In this document: positions 9,476-18,993 of the stretch, piece after piece
How the letters are laid out: each line of letters starts with the position of its first letter
Position numbering within the stretch: the stretch's first letter is position 1
NCBI GenBank assembly: GCA_016191645.1
Contig: JACPVQ010000044.1
Coordinates: 1,371 to 65,370, forward strand
Direction: 5' to 3'
DNA length: 64,000 nt
Origin: Candidatus Solibacter usitatus
GTDB lineage: Bacteria; Acidobacteriota; Terriglobia; Bryobacterales; Bryobacteraceae
Made by a program: the position numbers and the translations under genes
Notes under the pieces: generated by a model
The model's database searches: none
The model's input: the letters and a program-made list of their open reading frames with translations, nothing else
What the model was told of the DNA's origin: nothing

Positions 9476-10960
9476 ATGAAAGATGTACGTACGCGGTTTG
9501 CTCCCAGCCCAACGGGCCTCCTGCACATTGGAGGTGTCCGCACGGCGCTGTTTGAAATTCTGATGGCGCACCGCCATGGCGGACAGGCGCTGTTGCGCAT
9601 CGACGACACGGACCGGGAGCGGTTGGTTCCCGGGGCGATCAAGTCGCTGATCGAGGATTTGCGCTGGGTGGGCCTGCATTTCGACGAGGGCCCATCGGAT
9701 GAAGAGATCGCCAAGGCGGACAGCGCCCCGACGCCCGGCACGGGCATCGGCGGGCCGATGGCGCCGTATGTGCAAAGCCTTCGCGCGGCTCGTTATGTTG
9801 CGGTGTCCGAAGATCTGATCCGCACGGGATTCGCCTATCGATGCGACTGCACGCCGGAGCGTTTGCAGCAGGAGCGCGAGGAACAAACCGCGCGCAAAGA
9901 GATGGTCGGCTATTCCGGCTATTGCCGCGAGCGCAATGTTTCCGCCGCCGCGCCGCACGTTGTGCGGTTCAAGATTCCCGCAAACCGGCCGATCGTTTTG
10001 GCCGACGCGGTAAAAGGCGAAGTGCGTTGGGAGAAGATCATCCTGCGCGACCCCGTGCTGCTGAAGAGCGACAAGTTCCCCACCTACCATTTGGCAACCG
10101 TGGTGGACGATCACGATTTCAGAATCTCGCACGTGTTACGCGCCGACGAGTGGCTGTCCACCGCGCCTTTGCATCTGCTGCTCTTCGAGGCGCTGGGCTG
10201 GGAAGCGCCCGTGTTTGCGCACCTTCCGCCGGTGCTGGGAACGGACGGAAAGAAGTTGTCGAAACGCCACGGCGCCACGTTCCTGAGTTCGTTCCGCGAA
10301 GCCGGCTATTTGCCGGAAGCGATTCTCAATTTCATGGCGTTGATTGGCTGGTCGGCGGGAGAGGGCGAAGAAAATGAAATCTTTTCTTTGCAGGATCTGA
10401 CTCGCCGCTTCTCGCTGGAGCGTGTCAACAATGCGGGCGGCGTTTTTTCCTACGAGAAATTGAAGTGGATGAATGGCGTCTACATCCGCGGCTTGCAACC
10501 GTCCGATCTGGCAGCACGGCTGCGTCCATTCCTTGTGGCGGCGGGGCTCGACGTGCAGGACGAGAAACTGGCGCGAATCGTACCGCATATTCAGCCGCGG
10601 CTCGAACTGTTGCCGGACGCGGTTCCGCTGATCGACTTTCTTTTCCGGGATGCGATTGAGCGCGATATGCCATCGATGCTCAAGAAAGGGATGGAAGCGC
10701 CGAAGGCTCGCGAGATCTGCGGGCAGATCGCCAATTCGCTTGCCGCGCTCGAAACTTTCGATACAGCGTCGATTGAAGCCGCCCTGCGCCGCGTGGCGGA
10801 GGAATCCGGTGTTGCCGGCGGTCCCGTGTTTACCGTGGCTCGCATCGCCATCACCGGGAAGAAGGTAACTCCGCCGCTGTTTGAATCGATCTTCGCGCTT
10901 GGCAAGGGTCAGTCCGTTCTCAGGCTGCGCGAGACCGCGGAACTGCTGGCAACGCAGTAA
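9476..10960 (+). CDS. gltX: Glutamate--tRNA ligase
   Basis: RTRFAPSPTG.LHIGG, LRIDDTD, PTYHLA.VVDD, KKLSKR and a C-terminal anticodon-binding domain. Confidence 0.97.
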   Translation: MKDVRTRFAPSPTGLLHIGGVRTALFEILMAHRHGGQALLRIDDTDRERLVPGAIKSLIEDLRWVGLHFDEGPSDEEIAKADSAPTPGTGIGGPMAPYVQSLRAARYVAVSEDLIRTGFAYRCDCTPERLQQEREEQTARKEMVGYSGYCRERNVSAAAPHVVRFKIPANRPIVLADAVKGEVRWEKIILRDPVLLKSDKFPTYHLATVVDDHDFRISHVLRADEWLSTAPLHLLLFEALGWEAPVFAHLPPVLGTDGKKLSKRHGATFLSSFREAGYLPEAILNFMALIGWSAGEGEENEIFSLQDLTRRFSLERVNNAGGVFSYEKLKWMNGVYIRGLQPSDLAARLRPFLVAAGLDVQDEKLARIVPHIQPRLELLPDAVPLIDFLFRDAIERDMPSMLKKGMEAPKAREICGQIANSLAALETFDTASIEAALRRVAEESGVAGGPVFTVARIAITGKKVTPPLFESIFALGKGQSVLRLRETAELLATQ

Positions 10961-10963
10961 GTT

Positions 10964-12667
10964 TCAGCGCGCGCCCTTTTTCTCAATCTTCGCCCAGGTG
11001 TCCTTCAACGACACCGTCCGGTTGAACACAAGCTTTTCCGGCGAGGAGTCTTTGTCGACGCAGAAATATCCCACTCGCTCGAACTGATAACGGCTTCCGG
11101 GGGCGGCGGTTTTGACGCTTGGCTCGATCTTCACGGCGCTCCGTACTTCGAGCGAATTGGGATTGAGCGTCGCGGTGAAATCCTGATCCTCTGTTTCTTC
11201 CGCGGAATCTTCGGACCGGAACAGGTTCTCGTAAAGCCGCGCCTCAACATCCATGGCATGTGCCGCCGATACCCAATGGATGGTCGATTTCACTTTGCGG
11301 CCGTCGGGCGAATTTCCGCCCTTGGAGGCCGGATCGTAGCTGCAATGAATCTCTACGATCTCGCCCGTTGTCTCCTCCTTCACCACGCCGGTGCACGTGA
11401 CAAAGTACGCGTATCGCAAGCGCACCTCGCGTCCCGGAGAGAGCCGGTAATACTGCTTCGGAGGATCTTCGCGGAAGTCCTCGCGCTCAATGTAGAGCAC
11501 CTTTGAGAACGGAACTTTCCTCGTGCCCATGGAAGCATCTTCGGGATTGTTGACGGCGTCCATCTCTTCCACAAGCTCGTCGGGATAGTTGTCGATCACA
11601 ACCTTAACCGGATCGAGAACCGCCATCACGCGGGCCGCGCGCCTGTTGAGATCCTCGCGCAGACAATGCTCCAGCAGCGAGTACTCGATCATTCCGTTCG
11701 TTTTCGATACACCGATGGTTCCGCAGAACTGCCGGATGCCTTCCGGAGTGTAGCCGCGACGCCGCAGTCCGGAAAGAGTTGGCATGCGCGGATCGTCCCA
11801 GCCCGAAACGATTCCCTTCTGCACCAGCAGCAACAATTTGCGTTTGCTCAGCACGGTGTCCGTCAAGTTGAGCCGGTCGAATTCGATTTGCTGGGGATGG
11901 TGAATGCCCAGGTTCTCCACATACCAATCGTAAAGCGGGCGATGGTCCTCGAACTCCAACGTACAAATGGAATGCGTAATGCCTTCGATGGAATCGCTTT
12001 CGCCGTGCGTGAAATCGTACATCGGATAGATGCACCATGTGCCGCCCGTACGGTGATGGTCGGCGTGCAGAATGCGGTACATCACGGGGTCGCGCATATT
12101 GAAGTTAGGCGACCCCATGTCGATTTTCGAACGCAGCGTGCGCGAACCGTCGGGAAACTCGCCCGCGCGCATTCGTTGGAACAAATCGAGATTCTCCTCC
12201 GCCGGGCGGTTGCGATAGGGACTCTCTTTGCCGGGTTCCGAAGGCGTTCCCCGATGCTGCCGGACCTGCTCGGCAGTGAGGTCGCACACGTACGCCTTGC
12301 CCGTTTTGATGAGTTGAACGGCCCATTCGTAAAGCTGACCGAAGTAGTCCGATGCATAGAACAGACGATCTTCCCAATCGAATCCCAACCAGCGGACGTC
12401 CTCGATAATCGAATCGACGTACTCCGTTTCTTCCTTCGACGGATTCGTGTCATCGAATCGCAGATTGCATTTGCCGCCGAATTCCGCCGCCAGACCGAAG
12501 TTGAGGCAGATGGATTTGGCATGGCCAATATGCAGGTATCCGTTTGGCTCGGGCGGAAATCGCGTGTGCACGCGGCCGCCGAACTTTCCCGTCCGATTAT
12601 CTTCCAGAATGATGTCGCGAATGAAATTGGAAGGCTTAACCGGCTCGTTGGAACTCTCACTGGGCAT
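10964..12667 (-). CDS. glnS: Glutamine--tRNA ligase
   Basis: [61 protein letters not shown]. Confidence 0.98.
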   Translation of the reverse strand: MPSESSNEPVKPSNFIRDIILEDNRTGKFGGRVHTRFPPEPNGYLHIGHAKSICLNFGLAAEFGGKCNLRFDDTNPSKEETEYVDSIIEDVRWLGFDWEDRLFYASDYFGQLYEWAVQLIKTGKAYVCDLTAEQVRQHRGTPSEPGKESPYRNRPAEENLDLFQRMRAGEFPDGSRTLRSKIDMGSPNFNMRDPVMYRILHADHHRTGGTWCIYPMYDFTHGESDSIEGITHSICTLEFEDHRPLYDWYVENLGIHHPQQIEFDRLNLTDTVLSKRKLLLLVQKGIVSGWDDPRMPTLSGLRRRGYTPEGIRQFCGTIGVSKTNGMIEYSLLEHCLREDLNRRAARVMAVLDPVKVVIDNYPDELVEEMDAVNNPEDASMGTRKVPFSKVLYIEREDFREDPPKQYYRLSPGREVRLRYAYFVTCTGVVKEETTGEIVEIHCSYDPASKGGNSPDGRKVKSTIHWVSAAHAMDVEARLYENLFRSEDSAEETEDQDFTATLNPNSLEVRSAVKIEPSVKTAAPGSRYQFERVGYFCVDKDSSPEKLVFNRTVSLKDTWAKIEKKGAR

Positions 12668-12736
12668 AAGTTCCAGTATAGCGGCGCGGCGTGAGCCGAT
12701 CCCAAGAAGACGCGTCTATTGGTTCAGTGGCTGCGA

Positions 12737-12973
12737 TCAATTTCTCGAATCGCCATATGCTTCACTCGAATTCATCACGACGCCGTCCAGAACCAATAGC
12801 TCATCATCCGAGAAGCCGGAAAAAGCTCGCCGATATCCTGCCAGCACCTCATTGCTCCGCTCCATCACCAACTGAGAACGTAGTCCCTCCGCTAAGGCCT
12901 CGGAAACGACGGTGCTGAGAGTCAACTTACGCGATTGGGAGATGCGCTTGGCCTGACGGACTCTCAACCCCAT
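12737..12973 (-). CDS. Small orphan antitoxin-like (RHH remnant) protein, possibly truncated
   Basis: 78 aa from an ATG coupled to the murB stop (TGATG); QAKRISQSRKLTLSTVVSEALAEGL resembles RHH helices but lacks a clear beta-ribbon; no toxin follows. Confidence 0.4.
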   Translation of the reverse strand: MGLRVRQAKRISQSRKLTLSTVVSEALAEGLRSQLVMERSNEVLAGYRRAFSGFSDDELLVLDGVVMNSSEAYGDSRN

Positions 12974-13932
12974 CAGAATCCCGCGTACTGCACTTCCTCT
13001 TCCAGGCTGAATCCGAAGCGGGCTTCCACTCGCGACTTCAAATCGTCGATCACCGCGCGCAGATCGGCGGCCGTTCCAGCGCCGTCGTTGTAGATGAGGT
13101 TTGCATGGTAAGCGGCAACCTGGATATCCCCGCGGCGCATCCCCTTGGCCCCCACCTGTTCCAGAATCCACGCCGCCGGCAGTTTGCCTTCCTTTACCAA
13201 GCCCCGCGGAACCGTATCCCGCACTGCCTGGGGCAACTCCGTCAGAATCAGGTTTTTGAAGATGCTCCCTGCGCAGCGCATCGACGGCGGATACTTCGCG
13301 TCTCGAATGGCGCGAATCTCATCGGCTTTGCGCCGCAGTTCCACCGCCTCACTTTGCGGCAAACGCAATTCCGCGGACAGCAGAATCCAATCTTTATGCT
13401 TCTTGAACACGCTCTCGCGATAAGCGAACCCGCATTCGCCGTTGTTGAATTCACGCACCGAGACGCCGGTGGTGAAACGCACCGCATGGACAAACTCGTG
13501 GATGGAGTGGCCATACGCGCCCGCATTTCCGTAAATGGCTGCGCCCACCCAACCGGGGATGCCGGTCATTGTATGCAGCCCCGCAAATCCGCGCGCGATG
13601 CTTTGGTCCACCACGTCTTGCAACACCGCTCCCGCCTCGATACACAACCCGCCTTCGCAGGCGCGAATGCCGCTTGCCGTATAACGCAACACCACGCCAT
13701 CGAAGCCCGCGTCGGCCACAATGAGATTGCTGCCTTGACCGATCACCATCCAATTCATGCCGCTTTGCTGGGCTGCCCGCAGGGCATCGCAGAACTCGGA
13801 TTGGTGTGATGTCTCCACGAACACCGCGGCCGGGCCGCCGATACCGAACCTCGTATACTGGCTCAAAGGGACGTTTTGTTGGACGTGGAGTCCGGCGGGG
13901 AAGAAGTCGAGCGCCGGTTTCGCAGCGGGCAT
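12973..13932 (-). CDS. murB: UDP-N-acetylmuramate dehydrogenase
   Basis: TRFGIGGPA, IGQGSNL, GIPG.VG.AIYGNAGAYG, FAYRESVF, AGSIFKN, HANLIYN, LEEEV. Start at ATG 13932, 7 nt after TATAAT. Confidence 0.96.
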   Translation of the reverse strand: MPAAKPALDFFPAGLHVQQNVPLSQYTRFGIGGPAAVFVETSHQSEFCDALRAAQQSGMNWMVIGQGSNLIVADAGFDGVVLRYTASGIRACEGGLCIEAGAVLQDVVDQSIARGFAGLHTMTGIPGWVGAAIYGNAGAYGHSIHEFVHAVRFTTGVSVREFNNGECGFAYRESVFKKHKDWILLSAELRLPQSEAVELRRKADEIRAIRDAKYPPSMRCAGSIFKNLILTELPQAVRDTVPRGLVKEGKLPAAWILEQVGAKGMRRGDIQVAAYHANLIYNDGAGTAADLRAVIDDLKSRVEARFGFSLEEEVQYAGF

Positions 13933-13958
13933 TACTTCGATTATAGGAGGTTTCCATT

Positions 13959-14672
13959 TTGAGTCACTCATTCGCCGGCATTCCCAAAGAGGGGATGGCG
14001 TTCTTACGCGCGCTCAAGAAAAACAACAATCGCGAATGGTTTCAGCCGCGCAAGGAGATCTTCGAACGCTCCATGAAGGAGCCGATGGAGCAACTGGTGG
14101 AGGCGGTGAACTCCAAGCTCATCCAATTCGCGCCGCTATTTGTCACCGAGCCGAAGAAGGCCATCTATCGCATCTATCGCGACACGCGGTTCAGCAACAA
14201 CAAAATTCCTTATAAGACACACCTTGGCGCGTCGTTCACCTGCGCGGGCATGACCAAACACATCAGCGCGGGATATTACTTCGGCATCGGGCCCGAGCAG
14301 ATCGAAATCGCGGGGGGCATCTACATGCCGGGGCCGGATCAGTTTCGCGCCATCCGCGCTGAACTGTGCGAAACACACGCCGAGTTCCGGCGCATCATTA
14401 ACAACAAGGCCCTGATTAAATTGGTGGGCCCGATGTCCAGCCATCAGTTGACGCGATCCCCGAAGGGATTTTCGCCGGATCATCCCGCCGATGACCTCGT
14501 GCGCTACAAGCATTGGATCTTCTACGACACGAGGCTCGATCCGAAAATCGCTCTGACGCCGAAGATCGTGAACGAAATCGGCAAACGGTTTGAGGCGATG
14601 ACGCCTTTTATCGATTATTTGAACACGCCGCTGAAAAATATTCGCCCGGATCCGATGTTTGTCGAAAGGTAA
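13959..14672 (+). CDS. DUF2461 (TIGR02453) family protein
   Basis: FLRALKKNNNREWF and IYRIYRDTRFSNNKIPYKTH signature; GGAGG RBS before TTG. Confidence 0.9.
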   Translation: MSHSFAGIPKEGMAFLRALKKNNNREWFQPRKEIFERSMKEPMEQLVEAVNSKLIQFAPLFVTEPKKAIYRIYRDTRFSNNKIPYKTHLGASFTCAGMTKHISAGYYFGIGPEQIEIAGGIYMPGPDQFRAIRAELCETHAEFRRIINNKALIKLVGPMSSHQLTRSPKGFSPDHPADDLVRYKHWIFYDTRLDPKIALTPKIVNEIGKRFEAMTPFIDYLNTPLKNIRPDPMFVER

Positions 14673-14673
14673 T

Positions 14674-15120
14674 ATGACACGACGCGCCATCACTTCCTTA
14701 CTCCTCGCCGGCGCTGCCGAAGGCGCTGTCACGAAGAAGCAGGCCGCGGCCATCGAGGCCATCAAGAAAGCCGATCTCGATTTTGCCGCCGCCGCGCAAG
14801 CGCGCGGACTGGATGGCTGGATGTCGTACTTCGCCAAGGACGCCGTGGCGTTTCCCGCGGGGAAGCCTTTCCTCACCGGTCTCGACAAACTCCGCGAATT
14901 CTATTCCGGCATGTTTGCGACGCCTGGGTTCGGCATCTCCTGGAAGCCCGTGATTGCCGATGCCGCCGCAAGCGGCGATCTTGGATACACCATCGGAGTG
15001 GCGGAGTTCACCGTGCGCGACAAAGACGGGAATGCTGTCAAGCGTCCCGGCAAATATCTCACGGTGTGGAAGAAGCAGCCGGACGGTTCCTGGAAAGTTG
15101 CCGCCGACCTGGGGAATTAG
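14674..15120 (+). CDS. DUF4440/NTF2-like (YybH) protein
   Basis: [10 protein letters not shown] and [17 protein letters not shown] motifs; short signal-like N-terminus. Confidence 0.85.
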   Translation: MTRRAITSLLLAGAAEGAVTKKQAAAIEAIKKADLDFAAAAQARGLDGWMSYFAKDAVAFPAGKPFLTGLDKLREFYSGMFATPGFGISWKPVIADAAASGDLGYTIGVAEFTVRDKDGNAVKRPGKYLTVWKKQPDGSWKVAADLGN

Positions 15121-17231
15121 TTCGCGGGAAGGGCGAAGGCTACGTAGCTGCCGCCTGAGGGCGCACCCGATTTTCCGCCGCCCGCGGCAATCACGATGAA
15201 CTGCCGTCCCTTGATCTCATACATTGCCGGCGTGGCATTCCCGGCCGCCGGAAGCGTGGTCTCCCAGAGCAGCTTCCCCGTCAACTTGTCGTAGGCATGA
15301 AACTTCTTGTCGTGATTGGTCGCGCCGATGAAGAACAATCCGCCCGCGGTCACAATTCCGCCGCCATAATTTTCGGTGCCCGTGTTCTTCATGCCCTGCG
15401 CCGCAAGCGCCGGATACTCGCCGAACGGAATCTTCCACGCCATCTCGACTTTGTCCAAATCGATGGCGTTCAAGGTTCCCCACGGCGGTTGCATCGCCGG
15501 ATAGCCGTCGGGATCGAGGAACTTGTTGTAGCCATCGACCCCGTATTGCAAATCCATGGGACCCGCAGGCTCGCGCTTTACAGCCACTTCGACGTTCTCC
15601 CCGCGCAACACGTAGCGCAAAAGGGAATTCACCGCGGCGTCGCCTAATTGTTGAAACCCAGGCATCCGCCCCGCGCCTTTGCGCAGAATCTCCGCGACCT
15701 GCGCTTCAGTGAACTTCGCCGTGAGATTGTGCAAGGAAGGGAACTGCGGCGGACTCCCCTTCAAATCTTCTCCGTGGCAACCGGTGCAGTTCCGCGCATA
15801 TAGGCGCTGACCGTTGGCAACCGCCTGCGCCGTGGCTCGCGGGACCAATCGCAACACCCACGCCATCTCGTTGGAATTGACGTAAAAGAGTCCTGTCTCC
15901 GGATCGAAGGCCGGGCCGCCCCATTCTCCGCCCCCGTCAAAACCGGGAAACACAATGGTGCCTTCCAAACTCGGCGGAGCGAAGGGTCCGTCCTTTCGCA
16001 ACTTGCGCCAGCGTTCCAGCACAATGCGATGCGCCTCGGGAGTGCGGTTGGTGATGATGTCTTCCGTAAACTGCTGCCTGGCGTAGGGTGGCGGCTTCAG
16101 CGGAATCACTTGCGTTTTTGCAGTGAGCTCCCCTTCGACGGATGATGCCGGCGCTTGCACAGTTTGCAGCGGAAAGAGCGACTCGCCGGTTTCACGATGG
16201 AATACGAAGACAAACCCCGCCTTGGTGATCTGTGCCACCGCATCAATGAACTTGCCGCTTCGGCGCACGGTTACCAGAGAAGGCGCGCTGGGAAAATCGC
16301 GATCCCAAACGTCGTGCTTGACGGCCTGAAAATGCCACACGCGCTCACCGGTCGAGGCTTTCAGGCAGAGCAGCGTATTCGCGAAAAGATTGTCGCCATG
16401 ACGGTCCGCGCCGTAGAAATCGAAGGCCGCCGATCCGGTGGGCACAAAGATAAGTCCGCGCTTTTCATCCAGCGCCATACCCGCCCAGTTGTTCGCTCCG
16501 CCCGTATGCTTCCACGTGTCCTTGGGCCAGGTGTCATAGCCGAACTCGCCGGGGCGCGGGATGGTGTGGAACGTCCAACGAATCTGTCCGCTCTTGACAT
16601 CGAAGGCGCGAATATCGCCCGGCGCGGACGGATGCGCCTCGCCCACCAGGCTGCCGAGAATCAACAGATCCTTGTACACGGTTCCCGGAGTGGTTGCGGT
16701 GATCGTGACATTCTCCAACGGCCGTCCGAAGCCTTCGCGAAGATCGATCTTGCCCTGTTTGCCGAATCCATCGTCGGGCTTGCCCGTGGAAGCGTAGAGC
16801 GAGAAGAGATTGTTCTCCGCCACAAAAAACACGCGCGATTGTGTCCCGTCGGACCAATGCGAAACACCGCGATTCCGCCGGCCTCGCGGCGCTCGACCGG
16901 GGAAGGGTTCGAAGCTCCAGAGGAGTTTCCCCGTCGCCGCGTCGAGCGCGATGACGCGCAGCTTCGGCGTGGTCGCATACATCACGCCCTCCACCACAAT
17001 GGGATTGCACTGCATCTCGGAGCCCGGGCCCGCATCGCCGGTGTCGAATGTCCAGGCCACGCGCAGTTTGTCCACATTGCCCTTGTTGATCTGTTTGAGC
17101 GAAGAGTAGTGGATGTTGTCCTTGCCTCCGCCAAAGGCAGGCCAGCCGTTTCGGCCGGACGGTGCCTTGCGCTGTTGACCCCAGACGCTGCAACAAAGAA
17201 GACTGCCGATGAGGATGAGAACTTTGGTCAT
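15117..17231 (-). CDS. PQQ-dependent (glucose/quinate-type) dehydrogenase with inserted c-type cytochrome domain
   Basis: Signal peptide from ATG 17231; [47 protein letters not shown]; heme motif CTGCH with distal Met (GRMP). Confidence 0.92.
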   Translation of the reverse strand: MTKVLILIGSLLCCSVWGQQRKAPSGRNGWPAFGGGKDNIHYSSLKQINKGNVDKLRVAWTFDTGDAGPGSEMQCNPIVVEGVMYATTPKLRVIALDAATGKLLWSFEPFPGRAPRGRRNRGVSHWSDGTQSRVFFVAENNLFSLYASTGKPDDGFGKQGKIDLREGFGRPLENVTITATTPGTVYKDLLILGSLVGEAHPSAPGDIRAFDVKSGQIRWTFHTIPRPGEFGYDTWPKDTWKHTGGANNWAGMALDEKRGLIFVPTGSAAFDFYGADRHGDNLFANTLLCLKASTGERVWHFQAVKHDVWDRDFPSAPSLVTVRRSGKFIDAVAQITKAGFVFVFHRETGESLFPLQTVQAPASSVEGELTAKTQVIPLKPPPYARQQFTEDIITNRTPEAHRIVLERWRKLRKDGPFAPPSLEGTIVFPGFDGGGEWGGPAFDPETGLFYVNSNEMAWVLRLVPRATAQAVANGQRLYARNCTGCHGEDLKGSPPQFPSLHNLTAKFTEAQVAEILRKGAGRMPGFQQLGDAAVNSLLRYVLRGENVEVAVKREPAGPMDLQYGVDGYNKFLDPDGYPAMQPPWGTLNAIDLDKVEMAWKIPFGEYPALAAQGMKNTGTENYGGGIVTAGGLFFIGATNHDKKFHAYDKLTGKLLWETTLPAAGNATPAMYEIKGRQFIVIAAGGGKSGAPSGGSYVAFALPAN

Positions 17232-17333
17232 AGTGTGGAAGATCCAATTGTACATTCCTCTGAACTGCGTTATTTGACCCAATCCAAGATGGGGACTACT
17301 CTGAAACCTTCGCAACCCGCGCGAATCTGCGCT

Positions 17334-17496
17334 GTGGGGCAGGTCTCCAGACCTGCGAGCCGATCTCCAGATCGGCTCTGCCGAAAGTGCGTAAAATGCC
17401 CGCTGTTGGCCGAAGCGACCGCTTCGCGGCCGATGGCCTCTGGCGAGGCCAGACGGGATCTGGAGATCCCGTCGCAGGTCTGGAGACCTGCCCCAC
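17334..17496. repeat. REP/REPIN-like multi-hairpin element, copy 1
   Basis: GTGGGGCAGGTCTCCAGACCTGC ... GCAGGTCTGGAGACCTGCCCCAC terminal inverted repeats enclosing several internal hairpins. Confidence 0.92.
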
Positions 17497-17541
17497 TTCA
17501 CTGGCAGCCGGCGTGCATGAGGATTCGATCAGGAGGTCTAC

Positions 17542-17952
17542 ATGCTTCGTTTCCTACTCTCTATTCTGTTCCTCTTTCCGGCCGCCGCTCAGGATAAGCC
17601 GAGAATCAAACAAGTTCCGCCGAGCCTGACAAGTCCCGCCTCGGGGACGGATATGTTCAAAGCCTATTGCTCGCCTTGTCACGGAATGTTCGCCAAAGGT
17701 GACGGACCCGCCGCGCCAGCCTTAAAGAAGGCCCCCGCCGACCTGACACGTCTGTCGGCGCGCAACAATGGCAGATTCCCCGCCCTGAAGGTTTACAACA
17801 TCATCGAAGGCGATCCCTCCATCCCGGCCCACGGCTCCAAGGAGATGCCTGTGTGGGGAGAGGTCTTCCGCTCCATGAGCCATAACGAGGGCGAAATCAA
17901 GATGAGGCTGAACAACCTCACCAAATACGTCGAATCCATCCAGGCCAAATAA
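17542..17952 (+). CDS. Monoheme class I cytochrome c
   Basis: Signal peptide, CSPCH, GDGPAA..L...PADLT, EMPVWG; AGGAGG RBS. Confidence 0.92.
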   Translation: MLRFLLSILFLFPAAAQDKPRIKQVPPSLTSPASGTDMFKAYCSPCHGMFAKGDGPAAPALKKAPADLTRLSARNNGRFPALKVYNIIEGDPSIPAHGSKEMPVWGEVFRSMSHNEGEIKMRLNNLTKYVESIQAK

Positions 17953-18028
17953 CCACTGTCTGCATCCCTTCGCGCATCGACATGATCTAACCAGTCTGAC
18001 GGATGGGCAGAATTTACAAATAGTTCTG

Positions 18029-18058
18029 TTGACAAACGATAATAAGTAACTATACACT
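18029..18058 (+). promoter_or_regulatory. Sigma70 promoter
   Basis: TTGACA (18029-34)-18 nt-TACACT (18053-58) in an AT-rich island upstream of the RBS. Confidence 0.7.
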
Positions 18059-18077
18059 GTTCATATTGGAAGGGACT

Positions 18078-18422
18078 ATGAAACGAATCATTCTTTCTCT
18101 GGCGGTTTTCGCCCTTGCTACCAGCCTGGGCGCGGCGGATCTCAAGGTGAACCTGGAAACAAACGCCGTAGTGGCGGGTAAAGACCTGAAGGCAGGCAAC
18201 TACAAACTGGAATTGGACGGCGACAAGGCGCTTCTCAAGAATGGCAAAGCCTCAGCCGAAGCGGACGTGAGGGTTGAGGAGGCCCGTGCCAAGTATGCCA
18301 AGACAACCACATGCTGCCTTTCCACCGACGGCAAACTGCATTTGAAGGAAATTCGCGTTGGCGGCACCAATACGCGGATCCTGTTCAAAGAGAAGGGTCA
18401 GGACGCCCCGGCGGGCAACTGA
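18078..18422 (+). CDS. Small secreted hypothetical protein
   Basis: Sec signal, VAGKDLKAGNYKL motif, vicinal CC; own promoter, RBS and terminator. Confidence 0.8.
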   Translation: MKRIILSLAVFALATSLGAADLKVNLETNAVVAGKDLKAGNYKLELDGDKALLKNGKASAEADVRVEEARAKYAKTTTCCLSTDGKLHLKEIRVGGTNTRILFKEKGQDAPAGN

Positions 18423-18451
18423 ACTACCAGCCGGCAATCTTCCTGTTCAAT

Positions 18452-18488
18452 GGCGGGTTCGGCGAGAGCCGGTCCCGCCTTTTTCTTT
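18452..18488 (+). terminator. Rho-independent terminator
   Basis: GGCGGG-TT-CGGC-GAGA-GCCG-GT-CCCGCC stem followed by TTTTTCTTT. Confidence 0.8.
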
Positions 18489-18490
18489 GC

Positions 18491-18964
18491 TCAGTCGGCG
18501 AATGCGATAGAACGTGGCGGTACGGAAAGTTCGGCCATTACGCGCTGCACGGTTTCGACGTAGCCGGGGACAGGATTGTAGGTGGCCAGGACCCCTTGCA
18601 GGCTCTTGCCGCGGTAGTATTTGGAATTCGCCAGCTTGTCGGCCACCAAGTAAATGGACCGGTCGATGCTTTTGAATCCGACGCGTCCGTTGGCCCAGCC
18701 GAAGATGTTGTTGCGGCGGTAGCGGCGTCCACCGCCCGATTCCACCAAAGCGATGCTCGGCAGGATTCGCCAATCGATGCGGTATTGATCCGCGGCGCGC
18801 AGGAATGAGGGCGCGAGTTTCCCTACGGGGCAGTTGTATTTCTTGAAGAACTTCTGCAATTGCGCCAGACGGGGATCCGGCTGCAAGGCTGCGGCGGGTG
18901 CGTGCGCCGCCAGCCATCCCAGAGTCAGGAATAGCCCCAAGAAGAACCCCATCGGTAGTTCCAT
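18491..18964 (-). CDS. Glucosaminidase/lysozyme-like domain protein (GH73-like)
   Basis: Hydrophobic N-terminus; AADQYRIDWRILPSIALVESGGG...NNIFGW. Start uncertain (18952-18973). Confidence 0.75.
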   Translation of the reverse strand: MELPMGFFLGLFLTLGWLAAHAPAAALQPDPRLAQLQKFFKKYNCPVGKLAPSFLRAADQYRIDWRILPSIALVESGGGRRYRRNNIFGWANGRVGFKSIDRSIYLVADKLANSKYYRGKSLQGVLATYNPVPGYVETVQRVMAELSVPPRSIAFAD

Positions 18965-18993
18965 CGGCGCCAAGTGCGGAACACTTTACCCGA

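Noticed and set aside
17232..17501. 90-aa N-terminal extension of the PQQ dehydrogenase, and look-alike ORFs at 28139-28405 and 32448-32943 ([14 protein letters not shown])
   Set aside because: These are translations of the palindromic repeat element; the true signal peptide starts at 17231.
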